A stretch of DNA of 64,000 nucleotides from Amoebidium appalachense (GCA_963693365.1 CAVNZM010000004.1:8832468-8896467), one strand, 5' to 3'. Positions 30,631 through 59,250 are shown, counted from the stretch's first letter. Numbers and translations are program-made. Notes: a model not told the origin generated them from the letters alone.

Positions 30631-31757
30631 GGATAAAGTTCCAGGGAGGGCGTCGGGAGAATGTGCGTACACGGGCTCAAGCAGAGGCTCAAGCTGGTTG
30701 AGAGGATGAGGTCGCCAATGGGATAAAATTGTTTGCGCAGAGTCCCAACTCTCACACACGCCATACCCATGATGCCTAATCAGTATGATACGGATTGCAC
30801 TATGGCGTATGCAGTGGCGCACACACGTCAGCATCTATATCCGTGTAATACGGGCACGTGTCACTGTGTTCCCAGCAGCTGTTGCCAGCTGCATGCAGGG
30901 AGAAAATAGAGCTAAGCAAAACAGTATGCAGAATCAAGAAAAGACCATTTATCTCTAAACATATTTGCTTTAAGATATTAATGTTATAGTTTATAGGTAG
31001 CATTGACTCCTTATACGTTTTGGCACATTGCAAACCCACCCACGTGAATGAAGCGATGTGAATTTTGGATGATTTGGATCAAAACACCGAACTTTTGAAC
31101 ACACAGACCAACTCAGACGATTGGTTAGATCGTTTTGGCGCGCGGTTTACCTAGTGGCTTCTTTACAATCTTAATACCTATTGGTTTTCAGCGCACCACT
31201 TGATTGCATTGCGATTGGTGGGAACGCATGCCCCTTGAACCACATACTCCTCTACTCCTCCCAGGACCGGTTTCGCCCCGTCATCATGACGGCTTTATTT
31301 TATGACCTGGAAAGCCATAAACTCATCAATACATTAACATTATGTCCGTTATTGTTCACGAATGTTATATTTTGTAGTTGCTGTACATATTCAAAGATGG
31401 CTCGACCAAGAAGCTAATGTCACTTCAAGTAGTAAACATATCTATTCGAATAGAATAGATCCTCCTGGAATTCCAAAAAAAAAAAAGCCACGCAGTCGCC
31501 TAAGTTGAGACTTAGGCATTTACAGACCGCTTTCTTTCGAAGAGAACGCAAAAAAAGAGCATATTTACAATCTGCCCTATTTTTTCCCCCCGTTTTCATC
31601 CGACTCCTGCCATTCGCCGGACCACGTGCACATGTTAAATTAATAGTGCATGCGATTAAGTTATGGAGGGATGTCGGGCGGACGCGTATTATTGGCGGGC
31701 ATCTTAGACGCGGGCTTTCGACCTGTCCGATCACAAGACGTTCAGGATGTGTGGGGC

Positions 31758-31767
31758 TATAAAAAGG
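31758..31767 (+). promoter_or_regulatory. Candidate TATA box of the GPCR gene
   Basis: TATAAAAAGG with ATTGG about 65 bp upstream; about 345 bp before the ATG at 32102. Confidence 0.35.
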
Positions 31768-31926
31768 CTCCCTGTGCTTCGGACAGCCACTTGCAATGCC
31801 AGGTTCAAGGTTGAGTCGCTTTGCGGGCAACACTGCATGTTTGTAAGGGATTTCTTTTGTTTCTTTCACGGTCTAGGAACAGTTTTTTTTTTTTTGCACG
31901 CGTACACTTTCGTGCTTGATTGCTTG

Positions 31927-31965
<39 letters not shown>

Positions 31966-32101
31966 TTGTTGCATGCTGAATTCGAATGCTGCCTCACGGT
32001 CAAAATTGTTGATTACATATACAAACTTCAAACCACAAGAACATAGACCTAACTAGAAGCGCAAGCGTTCACTTAGCTAGACACGATTCACAGAAACGAA
32101 A

Positions 32102-35100
32102 ATGAGGATTTACGGGTCCTTAGCCACGACCCTTCTTGCGGTCTACACATCAAGCACCACACACGCACAACAGCCTACCAACCCCGCCCTGTCCACCCTA
32201 CTACCTGTTGGGCAAACAGTCACCATCCAAGACCACGCAGTCACCCTTTGCGAAAAATACCCATCCCACTGCTGTGCAGGAGGTACCGGGTCGTCTCGTG
32301 TTTACGGTTTCGGGCCGAATAGCGAACCGATTAGGCCGCAGCCCCTCCATAGCTTAAAGGAGGCGCCTGTTGTTGCATATTACCGCGTTGTGCAGGCGGG
32401 GTCTGAACAGGGTGCTGGTGAGGGTGATAAGATAGTCATGTGGCAGCCACACACGTGGACTACAAATATTTATAGTGGTAAGTTGAAATTATAACCCCCC
32501 CCCCCCCCCCTCCTTCCCTCCCTCCCTCCGCCCTCCCCCCAACCCCCCTCCGCCCCCCCCCCCTCCTCCCCCCCCCCCCCTCCCCCCGCGCCTCCCCTCT
32601 CCCCCGTGTGAAGCCCACCTCAACATCCCCATGCTCTTGACCAATATTACCCAATTAAAGCCTTGCTTACATAAGCTTGCATGCACATGCACAAACCAGC
32701 TAAGCAAGGGCTTGTGAATGAGATGAAATCACTTGAGGGTTGTGTTAGGAGGATCCTCATACTACTTTAAGGGAACAGATTCCGCCTGAATCCATGCTTT
32801 TATCGTTGTTACACACCCTTTTTTTTGATAAGAGTAACATCACTGTGACTTGAAGTCTTTAATACTCGTGCAGTTTCAAAGGCGGTTTTATGAAAAGGCG
32901 GTTTCATGAATGATCTGCAGTCTCAAAGCGATAATATACAAGTGTGAAATTCTTTAGGGGTTGGTTCCTAACTTAGTCCCCCCTCTCCCCCCCCCCCCCC
33001 CCCCTCCCCCCAAACAAACAAACAAAAAAAAAAAACTTTGAATACATGCGCACACGTACGCATGAGACACACACACAAACGCACACACAAACCATTGCCC
33101 CCATCCCCCCCCCCCCCCCCCCCCCCCCCCACCCTCCTTCAAAAAAAAACAAAAAAACAAAAAAACAAAACAAAAAAACAGATGCCTCCCCAGTTCAGCG
33201 CCAAGTCGTCCTCGCAATGATGGAGATTGCCTGCCGACGCGCGATCCAAGGCCAAAAATTCATCGGCGAAGTGTGGCAGAAAAACCTGACGGACTACCTA
33301 AAGTCCACATCAGCAGAGAATTTTCCCGATGTGGCCGTTGTGCGCGAAGATCTCATGGAGGAATACGAACAGTACGGCCTAGTTACCGATTTAACCCCAA
33401 ACATGCAGGCAATTCTCGCACAAGGAAAAGACATAAGTTTTGACGTGCCTACGGGGTTCCTGTCGACGTTCCGCAACCAACACGGACACTGGCACGCGGT
33501 GCCGTTCATTTCAAGTTACCGTGTGATGACCTTTAACTCTACAACATTTGATACCGTGGGACTTCAATACCCGCCGCCCCATTCAACCATGAGCGAGAGC
33601 GAGTGGACCTGGGAGAAATTTCTGGAATACGCCAAAAAGATTGCCGCTGCAACGGTATGCATACATCCCCCCCCTCCCCCCCCCCCCCCCCCCCTCCCCC
33701 CCTTCTCTCCCTCCTCCCCCCTTCCCCTCCCCCCCCCCCCCCCCCTTCCCCCCGCCTTTCCCCCACTACCCGGAGCGAAAACATCTGTGAATATTTACCC
33801 ACCCAAACCACGGTGACCAAAATCTCTTTGTGTAGAACTGAATTTCATTTTCTCCACCTCGTAGACTTGTAAGTACACACTATCCAGAAATTTGAAAATC
33901 ATTAGAGATTAGCGCGAAATCATTCAATTAGGTTTTCATTTCATTGACGGTATTCGTAAAATTTCGCACAGGGCAACTGGGGATTTACGTTCGTGCCCGG
34001 CACCCAAGGCGAGCAAGAGTTGATCAATCTGATCGCAAGATCTGGATCCGTTCTTCCTATCCTGCCGAAAAAGGAGAAAAACTCTGCCCAGGAAGGAGGC
34101 GAGACCTGGCGCGACTCAAAGATCGGCCTTTACGAATGCAACGTGGATAACCCCGAATTTGTGGCGGGTGTAGGAAGAACCCTCTACGAAATCGAAATGG
34201 GCAACGTCACAAACCCCAACAACAACCCCAAAAATTCAGTGTCACTGGCTGAGTGGGAGGCCAAATATCCCAACATTGACCCATGGACCCCCCCTTCCAA
34301 GAATATTTCGACAACAAGCACGAGGCCGTATATGGTATGGCGCTCACCACTGATCAGAAGTTTGATTGGATGCTGAACACGAGCCAGACCCAGATGAAGT
34401 ATGCCATGATCCCAGGCGGCATTTCTCTGGGTGCAAGCACTGGCGTCAGTATCACCAAACACGCAAATAACAGGTATTTGCTTCTCTTTTTTTTTTTCCC
34501 CTTCCCCTTACACTCCTTGGAGGCCACCACGGCCACCACTCGCATCTACCTTCTTTTTACCTTCATCCACATCCAGTATACTGAAGATCCTGAAAAACCC
34601 CCCCCCTCCCCCCCCCCCCGGCGCCTCCTCTTATGCCCTCTCCCCACGCAACTATCACCTTCATCCATAACCCACCCAACAATACACATATAATAATATC
34701 CAACCATGACATTAAATAATAAACTATCCAACAGGACCCTGTCATGGGAGCTTGTAGACCTTCTAACCACGACACAACGGGAGTATATCATAAATGCAAA
34801 CTATCTCAGCGACCTTCTCCCTCCATACAAGTCCGCATGGTCGAAATTTCCCTACGACAACAAGGAATGGAATGCCGACAAGCTCCAATATCCGCGGGTT
34901 GTATCTCTCACATATCCATACCCCATTCCCAAGGAGATGAGGGACGTGCTTCAGGCTAAGCCCTTCCGCACTATGGGACAGATGGTGAAAATGGGCAGCA
35001 CATTTGAGGTATGTCTCACACAAGGCTATCTCGGCTATAAAAATACCAATCAGAAGAAGCCACACTCTTCCTTTTTTTTTTTTAGCCATCGAGTTTTAGT

Positions 35101-36112
35101 GACTACCCTCCCCCCCCCCCCCCCCTCCCCCCCCCCCCCCTCCCCCTCCCTTCAGAAAAAAGAAAAGAAAAGAAAAGAAAAGAAATGCAAAGGAAAATAA
35201 AATGGGCGAGAGAGAGGAAGAACAGGTTCAAAAGAGCAAAGAAAGAAGAACAAGTAAGAGCAAACAAGCAAGCAAGCAAACAAACAAACAAAAGAATTGG
35301 CAATAAGCCCCTGAAAGCAAAACCTCGACCCGACTCCTCCCTACAAGCCACACACCAAGCCGCTAACATAAATCCCAACATTCCGAATGTTCAGGAGGCC
35401 GCAAAGACCGCCTGCAAAGTGATCGACCGCCTCCTTCTCCCCGATTGCACCGCCGATTACATCGTTCCAGATCTGACGCACCCGTGCGATCCGGTCTCCA
35501 ACGCGAAAACCGTCACATTCCATCTGTCGACAGATCCCGAAAGAATATGCAAGGGGGGTGCACCTCTCCCCCAGCCAATCACAGTGTCTTGTGATCACTT
35601 CACCGGCCAATCGCTGCCTGGGAAACTGCTCTATGCTCTAGGGGGTGTGGGGCTGTTCCTTATGGCTGTGCTCGGCCTACTAGTCTTTATTTACCGTAAC
35701 TCCAAGGCCATTAAGGGCGCAAGTTATTTCTACTCTCAACGTACGTGCCCCCTTCACCTCCCCTCCCCCCTCTCCTCCCCCTCCCCTTCCCCCTCTCTCC
35801 ATACTCTCATCACCCTCCCCCCAACCACTCTAATCATCTCCTGCATCCCCCCCCCCCCCCCCCCCCCCCTCCCTCCCTCCTTCCCCCCAACTCCGGGTTC
35901 CCTTCCTCTTCAACCAAAGGTCTGTAGGGCCTAGCCATCAAGAACCATATGTCCCTTTCCACCTGAAAAGACCTTTTTGTCTTGTGTTGCCCGTTACCCT
36001 TACCCCCCCCCCCCCCCCCCCCCTCCCCCTGTCCCCTCCGGAACCCACCCACCCGGAACACCCTCCTCCCCTTCTATGTTACCACCCCTCAAAGAAGGCT
36101 GCCCCCCCCCCC

Positions 36113-36145
<33 letters not shown>

Positions 36146-37596
36146 CCCCCCCACCTTCTCCCAGACCGATTTACTTCCATGCAACCGGGCATGGTTGCTC
36201 TGTGTCGTGCATCTGTAAGCACATATGCATTCTCCGCTGCACTGCATTAGTTTGCACACACATATTCACCGTTTTGCTCACCTTGCTTGCATATGCAACC
36301 CTGCTCGTCTTTGATCAAGACGGGTTGACCCTCCCAAGTTCAGTTGATGCTGCTGTCTGAGTTGGAGAGTCGTATATACGCGGGCTAAAGGGTCGAAACT
36401 CAGACGCAATTGATGACTTGGGCCCTCCCTGAGGATGGGCTCTGCTTATGACGCATACTGTGCGCATGGCTGATGTTGCATACTTGAATGTTTGCCTTTA
36501 CATGTGTCCTTCATGTATGCGTACTTCGTACCGTGTTCCGCATTCAAACCCCCCCCCCCCCCCCCATCTATCCCTTAACTCAGCCCCGCCTGCCACTAGA
36601 AAACTCGCAAACTCGGATTCACCTGTCCAGGAGATGCACGATAATTAAAAGACTAAGAAAATGAAAGAGGGGGCGTGCCAAAAAACAAGTCAGTTAACCC
36701 AGTAAAAACCCCGAACATTCACAATCCCTCTCACCACCTTTATACATGCACACATTGCTAAAAATACCGTCCAATCCCCTTCCTCCCTCAGTGATGATCA
36801 TTGGTGGAGCCATCACCATCACTGGCCTCTTCTTCATGCCCGGTGAGCCCGCTGTGTGGAAGGAGATAGCTCAGCTGTGGTTTGTGTGCATCGGAGACAC
36901 CATGATTTTTGCATCCGTCATCGTAAAACTATACCGTATCAACAGTAAGATACCCCCTCCCCCCCCCCCCCCCCCCCTCCCTCCCCCTCCTTTCCCCCCC
37001 TTCCTCCATCTCCCTTCCCCCCCCCCCCCCCCCCCCACTCCCCCTTCCCCATCCCCCCCCCCCCCTGCCCCCTCTCCTCCTTTATCCCTCCCACCCCCCT
37101 CCCCCCACCTTCCCCTCCCCCCTCCCACCACCACCACCCCGTCCCTCCTCCTTTCCCCCGTTCCTTCTCTTCATCCAAGCCACATTTGATCGGCCGTGCC
37201 TTTTTTCCCATTGGCAGCGAAATATTAGCTTGATCATGAGAGCTGCCCCGGCCTATGCTTCCTGCACTGAAGGCACAAAGATCCCCCCCTCTTCTTCTCC
37301 CCCTCCCCCCCCCCCCCAGGCCTCTCCCCCTCCTTTTCTCCCCCCCCCTCCCCCCCCATTGCTTCCCCTCTTCCTTTCCCACAATATTCCTCCTATATCT
37401 CGCTTCCACCCACAGAACCACTATCCCCACATACACATAGAACTCCACTAATCCCCCCCCCCCCCCCCCCTCTGCCCCCGCCCGGCCTCCCGCGCAGAGA
37501 TCTTCCTTGGTGGCCGTGCCGAGCGTCTTCACCTCACCGACCGCTACCTCCTTGGCCCCTGGGCTCTCCTGGTGGCAATCGAGGTATAGCAAGCAG

Positions 37597-37641
<45 letters not shown>

Positions 37642-37927
37642 CCCCTCTCCCCCCCCCCCCCCCCCTCCGCGGTACCCCACCCTATTTTGTAACTATGTAA
37701 CCCCCACCTCTTCCTCCCCCCTCCCACCCCTGCCCCCCACCCCCCCGCCGTACACTATATTTTACACCCCCCCCCCCCCCCCCCCCCCCCCGTCACCCTC
37801 AGCACGCGAATCATGCAAAGGATCCACCCCCCTTCTTGATACAACCGGCAACTTCCCCTTCCCCCCCCCTCCCCCCCCTCCCCCCCTCCCCCCCCCGCCC
37901 TCCTCCCCCCCCCCCCTCCCCCCCCCC

Positions 37928-37958
<31 letters not shown>

Positions 37959-39142
37959 CCCCTCCCCTCCCTCCCCCCCCCCCCCCCCCAAAAAAAAAAA
38001 AAAAAAAAAAAAAAACAACTTTAATACCTTAGAAGCAATAAAAACCACCCACATACCCGTGCCATCTCACTAAAGTGCACACCCACAGGTCGGGCTTCTT
38101 CTGTTCTTCACCTTCATCGTGCCCATCGAACTGACCCAAAAATACCGCGAGGCCATCTACGAATACGACGGCAGCCCGTTCTATTTGCGCAAAATCCCCA
38201 TCCCGGCCGTGACCCTGGGCAGTGATGCCGCATACTACCTGTGCCTGGCCTACATAGACGTGTTGGTATTGGTCGCTGCCGCCACCGCCTTCCGTATTAG
38301 GCATGTGCCGATTCACTTTAAGGAGGTAAGAGACTTGCATACCCCTGTATTCTTTAATGGGGTGAAAATGGGTTGCCCGATCGCATTGTTCGCTGGAACA
38401 CCCAAATGGGAAGCTCTTCCTCCCTCCTTCCCCTCCTGCTTCCCAACCCCCCCCCCCCCCCCCCCCCCCCTCACACACACAACCATACAGGACCCCACCC
38501 TTTCCCCTTACCATATCAGAGATTTCTTTTCCCCGAGTCCTCCACAAGTGTCCCCCTATAACCAAGAAGAAACACTCTCTTAACTACTTTTCCAGCTTTC
38601 TCACAGCTTTTGAGTAGGACTCCCCGTCATCACCACCAATGCCTCCCTATTACCCCCTCCCTTCTCCTTCCCCTCCCCCCCTCTCCCCCTCCCCTCCCCC
38701 AGCTGCAAAAAAGCACCCACTTTAACCTGGTTTTAAAATCTTAACAGACGAAGATCATTGGTGCGGCATCAGTGCAGATGGTCGTAGGGGTGATGATCCT
38801 CATTCCCGTCGACGTGCTGATCAACAATCACGCCCTGTGCACCCTTGTGCTCGGCCTGACTTTTTGGTGAGTCCTCCAATCATCTGTCTGTTTCATGTTT
38901 ACGAATGTTTAAATTTGTGTTCAAATGCACGTGCATTCTAAAACATCATACCAGGATGACGAGAAATCATAGCGGATATTTATTTGCGTAAATTCCTTAG
39001 TCCGGGACAAGACTATAAATAGATTTGGCCCACCGTAGCAGTAAGAATGATTCATTTGGCAGCTCTGTTCTACATCCACCATACATTATGCTAAACCAAT
39101 TAATTGGCCTGACCCATCAATAGAGCTTCTACTAACAACTCC

Positions 39143-39173
<31 letters not shown>

Positions 39174-39689
39174 AAAAAAAAAACCCACAGGATTTCTGTT
39201 GTGTTTTTCGAGATCATCATGTTTGGGCCCAAGCTCCTCCACGTAATCGACATCATCCGTCTGAGCAGCTACAGCAACAGCAGCAGATCGCGATCTGGGC
39301 CGGGGGCAAAGGCGCGATCGGGCCAGAAGAGGGAGAGCAGCGGGAGCACCTCGGAGACTGGAAACGAGACCAACAACAAGAGTATAAATGGCGGGATCGA
39401 TTCCGCTGCAACCAAGAAATTGCAAGAGGAAGTTGCGGCATTAAGCCTGAAACTCGCGCGCGCGACAGAGCTCAACACGCGATTGGCCAATATGCATGCT
39501 GGATGGAAGGCGGACCCAGCGGCCAATCACGCGCATGGATCTACAACTCCCACCAATCAGATCCCAGGATCTTTGGCCGCTGGGCTCGATGTGTATAGCC
39601 ACCCGGCGGTTACTAGGGAGGTCTCCAACAATCCATCCTTTATGACGAGCAACGCCTCTCTGTTGGATCATTCGGGGCCCCTCCAATAG
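32102..39689 (+). CDS. Class C (GABA-B-like, 7tm_3) G-protein-coupled receptor with an extracellular sugar-type solute-binding (type II periplasmic-binding) domain, about 1020 aa, 10 exons
   Basis: Exons 32102-32477, 33182-33654, 33972-34473 (1-nt shift in the C run near 34280-34294), 34735-35008, 35395-35740, 36792-36944, 37498-37583, 38089-38325, 38748-38866 and 39191-39689; all GT-AG and phase-consistent. Signal peptide; SBP motifs FPDVAV, GLVTDLTP, AVPF, WTWEKFLEYAKK; Cys-rich linker; 7TM hallmarks IYRNSKAIKGAS, VKLYRINKIF, LTDRYLL, AFRIRHVPIHFKETKII, FGPK; C-terminal coiled coil KKLQEEVAALSLKL. Confidence 0.88.
36163..36549 (+). repeat. Single full-length (A-B-C) copy of the intronic foldback element in GPCR intron 5
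   Basis: Highly similar to units of the 45455-47954 array (TTTACTTCCATGCAACC...CGTCTTTGATCAAGACGGGTTGACC...CCTGAGGATGGGCTCTGCTTATG...CGCATTCAAA); C tracts on both sides. Confidence 0.9.
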
Positions 39690-39787
39690 CCAAGCAACAA
39701 CGGTCTGAATATTCTTGGGACCCCGTTCCGCAACGATTAATGGATGGTTTATATATGGGACGTGTATACCATGAGAGATATGGGAGC

Positions 39788-39842
<55 letters not shown>

Positions 39843-39870
39843 ACGGTGTGTGTGTGTGTGTGTGTGTGTT

Positions 39871-39908
<38 letters not shown>

Positions 39909-40263
39909 CATAGAGGTTCATGCATCCCGGTAGGCAAGTCAGACGAATGAAGGGAGTGGTTATGTCATCTGGTTTACCACTTGCACTTTTTCTTATTTGG
40001 CTAAGTACGTACGACAGATATAGTCCAGAGGACCAGTTTGACTCTTTTGGGGTACTATGCAATTATGTGAATGCATGTTGGCGCCCGAGATATGCAAAAA
40101 GGGGCGAAGATAATATCATGTACGCAGGATGTCAGTGGTGGTGGTAGTGGTGTGCACACACGCGAAACTTAAAACACGGCAGGACTTTATCATAACTGAT
40201 ATTGCTATCTAACATGAATGCTATCATGGGGGGGAGGGGGGATAGGAACTTCTGAGGAGGGCC

Positions 40264-40297
<34 letters not shown>

Positions 40298-40698
40298 GAT
40301 GCCCCTCTCAAAGCCTAACTAATCATAAAGCAAGCTTGAAATAATTGCTAACCAACCACTGATAATCGGCCCGGGGCCGGCAGCCCAGGTAGGACCTTAC
40401 TTATTATTAACTAACTAAATCACCCTGTTTGTTATTGTGAAATTGAGACTGTTGTTGATTATTATACTACATAGTAGGTGCACTTGCACTCTAGTGTGCA
40501 CTTTTCATGAATGCTAGCCTGGCGGTGATCACTAGGGGGTTAAAATCAAATAAAATGGCATTCTGAAAAACATCTCTGAGGAGTGTTGACATTGTGGCGC
40601 AAAAGTTTAATACTGCGCATGCAAGAAGCTTGAAAAGCAGAAGTTGCTAAACAGGTCCCCCCCCCCCCCCCCCCCCCCCTCCCCCCAACCACCACCAC

Positions 40699-40732
<34 letters not shown>

Positions 40733-40738
40733 AAGGGG

Positions 40739-40788
<50 letters not shown>

Positions 40789-41102
40789 AGAAGGAAAAGA
40801 AGAAGAACAACTTCGAAGGAGGAGGAGAAGGAGAAAAGAAAAGAAGATGCCAAAAGTTTCTCGAGATATCCTTTTAAATACCCTTACTTATCTCCTTTAT
40901 TTTTCTCTTCTACTTGTTATCAGCAGTATGCCACTTGGTTTCATACTCAATATCCTTTGCTTCATCGTTGTGATAAAGAGTATCATGGTAGGGCTCTTGA
41001 GCATGTGCTTCTTTTTATATTAGAGACTCGTCTATTTTCTTTACAATCGTTGTGTAAATTAGCTACTTTATATTTATCCTTCCTCTCGTAAATCTACCAC
41101 AC

Positions 41103-41489
41103 TTACCGATTTTGCAATCCTAACCCCTCCTTGTGACATAGCTTGGAAATGTTCATTTTGGCGCTGTAACCTTTGTTTCCATAAATGTTTGTGCCACTTT
41201 TGTGCAGAACCTTTTTCTCGTAAACACTTAGATAGATGTATTTATTTATCTCAGATTATTCCGTTAGAAATTAGAAGACTGGCTTATTTAGATAATCCTG
41301 CTATTACGTCAATTGACTATCTGTTGAACCACGGTATGTTTAATGAGTTTTCTAGGGTGTATGATTATTTAAGTCGTTATCTCCTCCGTATCCGAGAGTG
41401 AGGGCTTTTGTATTTTTCTTCTCCGAGATATCGGTGATATCTCGATGGCTTCTATTTTGCTGAGCATATCAATAAAGTCATTATAAAAA
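41103..41489. repeat. Dispersed ~370-bp repeat, copy 2
   Basis: Same orientation as 3033-3397, with about 20 extra bp near the 3' end. Confidence 0.85.
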
Positions 41490-42520
41490 AATTTTTTTCT
41501 CGAAGCTCGCGAGCTCATAAGATCTAGCACAGTATGTATGATATTTCGGGCCCCCCAGACGACACCACACTACGGTAACACTCCTCTATTGCTGACCCCT
41601 GTATGTGTATAATTATCTCTAGGTCTTTGCCAAGGCCATTTTATAACCCCAAGTACCGCGGGTAGCTAGACAATACAGTATGTAGACAATTGTAAGCATG
41701 GCAATATGATGTATACACGTATACGTATCTGTATGCGTCACCAGGCTACGTACGGTAGTGTATACACATAGTACATGTGGATACTAACAGCCACTGTCAT
41801 GGCATATGCTTCTATTAGTTATTTGCGAATCATTCGGAAACGTCGCTCAGTATAATACATATACATACATACATACATAGCAGCCAACTATCCCGGTCAC
41901 GTCATATCTAAAAACAAATACTGGACCCTATGATGACATCACGAATCCAACCTTGGCATGAGGTCAATCTACATCATTTTAGACTATTCAAGGATGATGA
42001 CATCATCACGACCTTTGAGAATGAACATCTCGCTTCTACAAATAGTGTTGGCCCGGGTACCATATCAGGTGTTTGGCTCGTTGTTCGTGTCATGGTTGAA
42101 AACCACGCCTAATTTCTTCAACATCTGAAAACACTGCTAGAGCAACCTTAAAACAAAAAGGTTACTTGGTCACCTATAGTGGAAAGTCAACGGAGATATT
42201 TGTAGGTTTGTTTTCACCTCTCCAACTTACTACGGCATCACCATGGCCATGTTTCGTCACCAGCGACCTCTTCGTGTGTGAATAAGTTGAACCCCATACT
42301 TGCACCTTGTGTAGTTCTCGAACAGCCTAGTTTATAACGCCCCTCCCCGTTACCCATCGACCTGCAAACAACCATTTATTTCTTGTTCTGCTGTGCCATC
42401 TTTACTCGTTTACTTTCTGACTATCTAACACAACCATTACGGTTCCACTTCCAGGATACCCTACTTGTGTTTGTATTTACTCCTTCCATTTCTAGATACC
42501 TTTTCTTTCTTTCTTCCAAC

Positions 42521-56654
<14,134 letters not shown>

Positions 56655-57169
56655 CTTTAAGATTTATTGGGTTTAAAATGTTAAGGGTTTGATGTTAGTG
56701 GTTTGGGAAGGGGTTTTGTGTTGTGTGGGTATGCGTGGAGAGCAAAAAAGTTTAAGTTTGTCTCAGTGACTTGAAATCTTCGCTACTTTGATCTAGAACT
56801 GGGGCTTGTGGTGTGCGTGTGTGTGTGGAGAACAGGAAGGCAATGATGATGCGGTAGTGGCGCTTAATTTTGGATGCATTAAGTGGTTTACGGTGTTTGT
56901 TTGTAGTGTGTGCACGTGCGTGTTGTGCTTGATTGTGTGTGTTGTGTTATTATAGAACGGAAGGTGTTTTTATTGGCAGTAACTGTTACAGTTATGGATG
57001 GGAATCATGGTGGGTTTAGGGCTAACACCTACTGAGGCGGTGTCTCCTTTCTTTTTTTTTTTTTTTTTTTTTTTACTTAAAAGGGATTCTGTGTAAAGCC
57101 TTTGAATGTGTCTTATATGTGCCTTCTTATCTGAAGGGTTCTGTCTGCCATATTTGGGTTTTGATTGCA

Positions 57170-57240
57170 AGAAAACAGAAATTATAACGGTTTAGAAAAC
57201 AGAAATTATAACGGTTAAGAAAACAGAAATTATAACGGTT
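57170..57240. repeat. Three tandem copies of AGAAAACAGAAATTATAACGGTT
   Basis: Read directly, downstream of the MED8 stop. Confidence 0.85.
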
Positions 57241-58752
57241 CTGAGATGGCGGGTTTGTACGTAGAGCAGGCCCGACCATATCCCCGTTTTTACGGTAAAA
57301 AATACCCTAAACTTTTCAAAAATACCATCAAAATTTCAGTTTATGGTAAGCCTCCGCAAATTTCATGGTAAGCTTAAAAAGGATAGAAAAAGCTCAAATA
57401 AATTGAAAATGCCGGCATTTGTATGTCTTACCTACAAACGTTACTGAGATGGTTAAAGGAAATTTCACTATTTCGTATACTTTTTTATCTGTTTCTGAAG
57501 TGACTTTCGAGATTGTGAGAGAATCTTGGACTTGCCATCGAATGTTTTGCCATTTTGAGCCATATTCACAATGGTCCAATCAGAAAATTGCATTGACAGC
57601 CGATGATTTCGATGTCGTCATGGACTCGTCAAGTCGGCAAACACCCCTTGTAGTTACACCATATACAAGGTATCGTTATTAAATTGAAGTTCAATTTTTT
57701 TTCGCATAAGACGAAGCATAAGTGTATTTTCTAATCTCGTGCAACCTTTATTTGGCTAGTTCCTATCGACTTCAGGTTCACATTAGAGCACAAACTTGGT
57801 CGTCTCCGTAGGCTGGTGACCTCGATCTCGATCTTGTGAAATTTACGGTCCTCAAGAGGTTAAAGTTTCTTCTCGGGCCTCTTTGAGTCAGACTCTGAGT
57901 CTCTGAGTGCTATGTAAATGTTGTTAGTGTGTAGTGGTGTATGTAGTTTGAGGATGAATTCGAAATTTTCAGTTCGGAAGCTGCATGGGTTTGAACGCTA
58001 GCGACAGTCCCTGGGATGATATAATGAATCTACAATTACGAGTCTGAACTTTGTCGCATTGTGATGTTCGTGTAAATATGTTTTGAAGAATTCTCAGTAC
58101 ACAGTGACTATGTCAGAGTTAATTTTCACTCTCCCAAATTCCCGCCCAAATTTCCATGTTGGCTAAATCGGTGTGATCGCGCGCAAATTATTGGTCGATA
58201 CAATTTTTTGAGATTGTGAATATTTCTACTTCTTTGGTTGTTGAATATGTCGGAACTTGCGCATGCAAGGTGACCACTCCCGGTGCCGCTTGCATGTGCT
58301 GCAGCACCACGGTACGTACCCGGCCCTGGCACGGCCCGCGAATCATTGAATGAACTTTCAAACATGAAACCAAAATTTGCAAAACCCGAACCGAGCATTT
58401 TTTTAATCGAAATTTATAAACTTAACACCATCACGACCAATGAACCTCCGCCACCACCATGCATGCTAATAGGCCTACATTAACACGCCCGGGGAAGGCT
58501 TACCCGGACTATGTGTACTATGATCTGGCGGGGCCATCATCACCACTAGTAATGCCACGCTCTGCCGAGCTTTGGCTTAACTTCGAAGCGAGACGAGAAT
58601 TTTCTGGAAGGTGCTGTGTGCGTGTGTGCCAGTGTTGGAGGGAGGGCAACAATTTAAAGAAAAAAAAGGACTGTTCGGATATTTTTTTTCTATCTGGCTG
58701 TATCCTGCCTCCCCCCTTCTTCTCTCCCCCCCCTCCCCCCCCCCCCCCCCCC

Positions 58753-58783
<31 letters not shown>

Positions 58784-59039
58784 TTCACTTCTCCCTCCAT
58801 TCCCGGCCTTTTCTGTCTTCTCCTCAACGTCGTTCTTTCTCTGTCCCCCTCCCCTGTCTCCCTTCCTCCCAGAGAGAGTCTGCCTCCCCATCTATTCCCC
58901 TTTCCTTCTCCTCCCCCCCTTCCCCTTTCTCCTTTCCTCCCCTTCCCCCCCTTTTTTTTTGGTATGTATGTGTGTTTGGCTGGCCCTAAATTTACCCATA
59001 AATGGATGTGTGTGTGTGTGCGTGTGTGTGTGTGTGTGT

Positions 59040-59084
<45 letters not shown>

Positions 59085-59204
59085 GTGTGTACAGCTGATG
59101 GGAAACAAACGTTTTCCAAAAACGTATTTGATCGGGGGGGGGAGGGGGGAGGGGAGGGGAGGGTTATTCCTCTAGCCCTTTTTTTTTTTGGGTCAGTAAC
59201 TGCC

Positions 59205-59250
<46 letters not shown>

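Noticed and set aside
58459-58610. Possible exon RPGKAYPDYVYYDLAGP...
   Set aside because: No recognisable homology and no partner exons could be linked.
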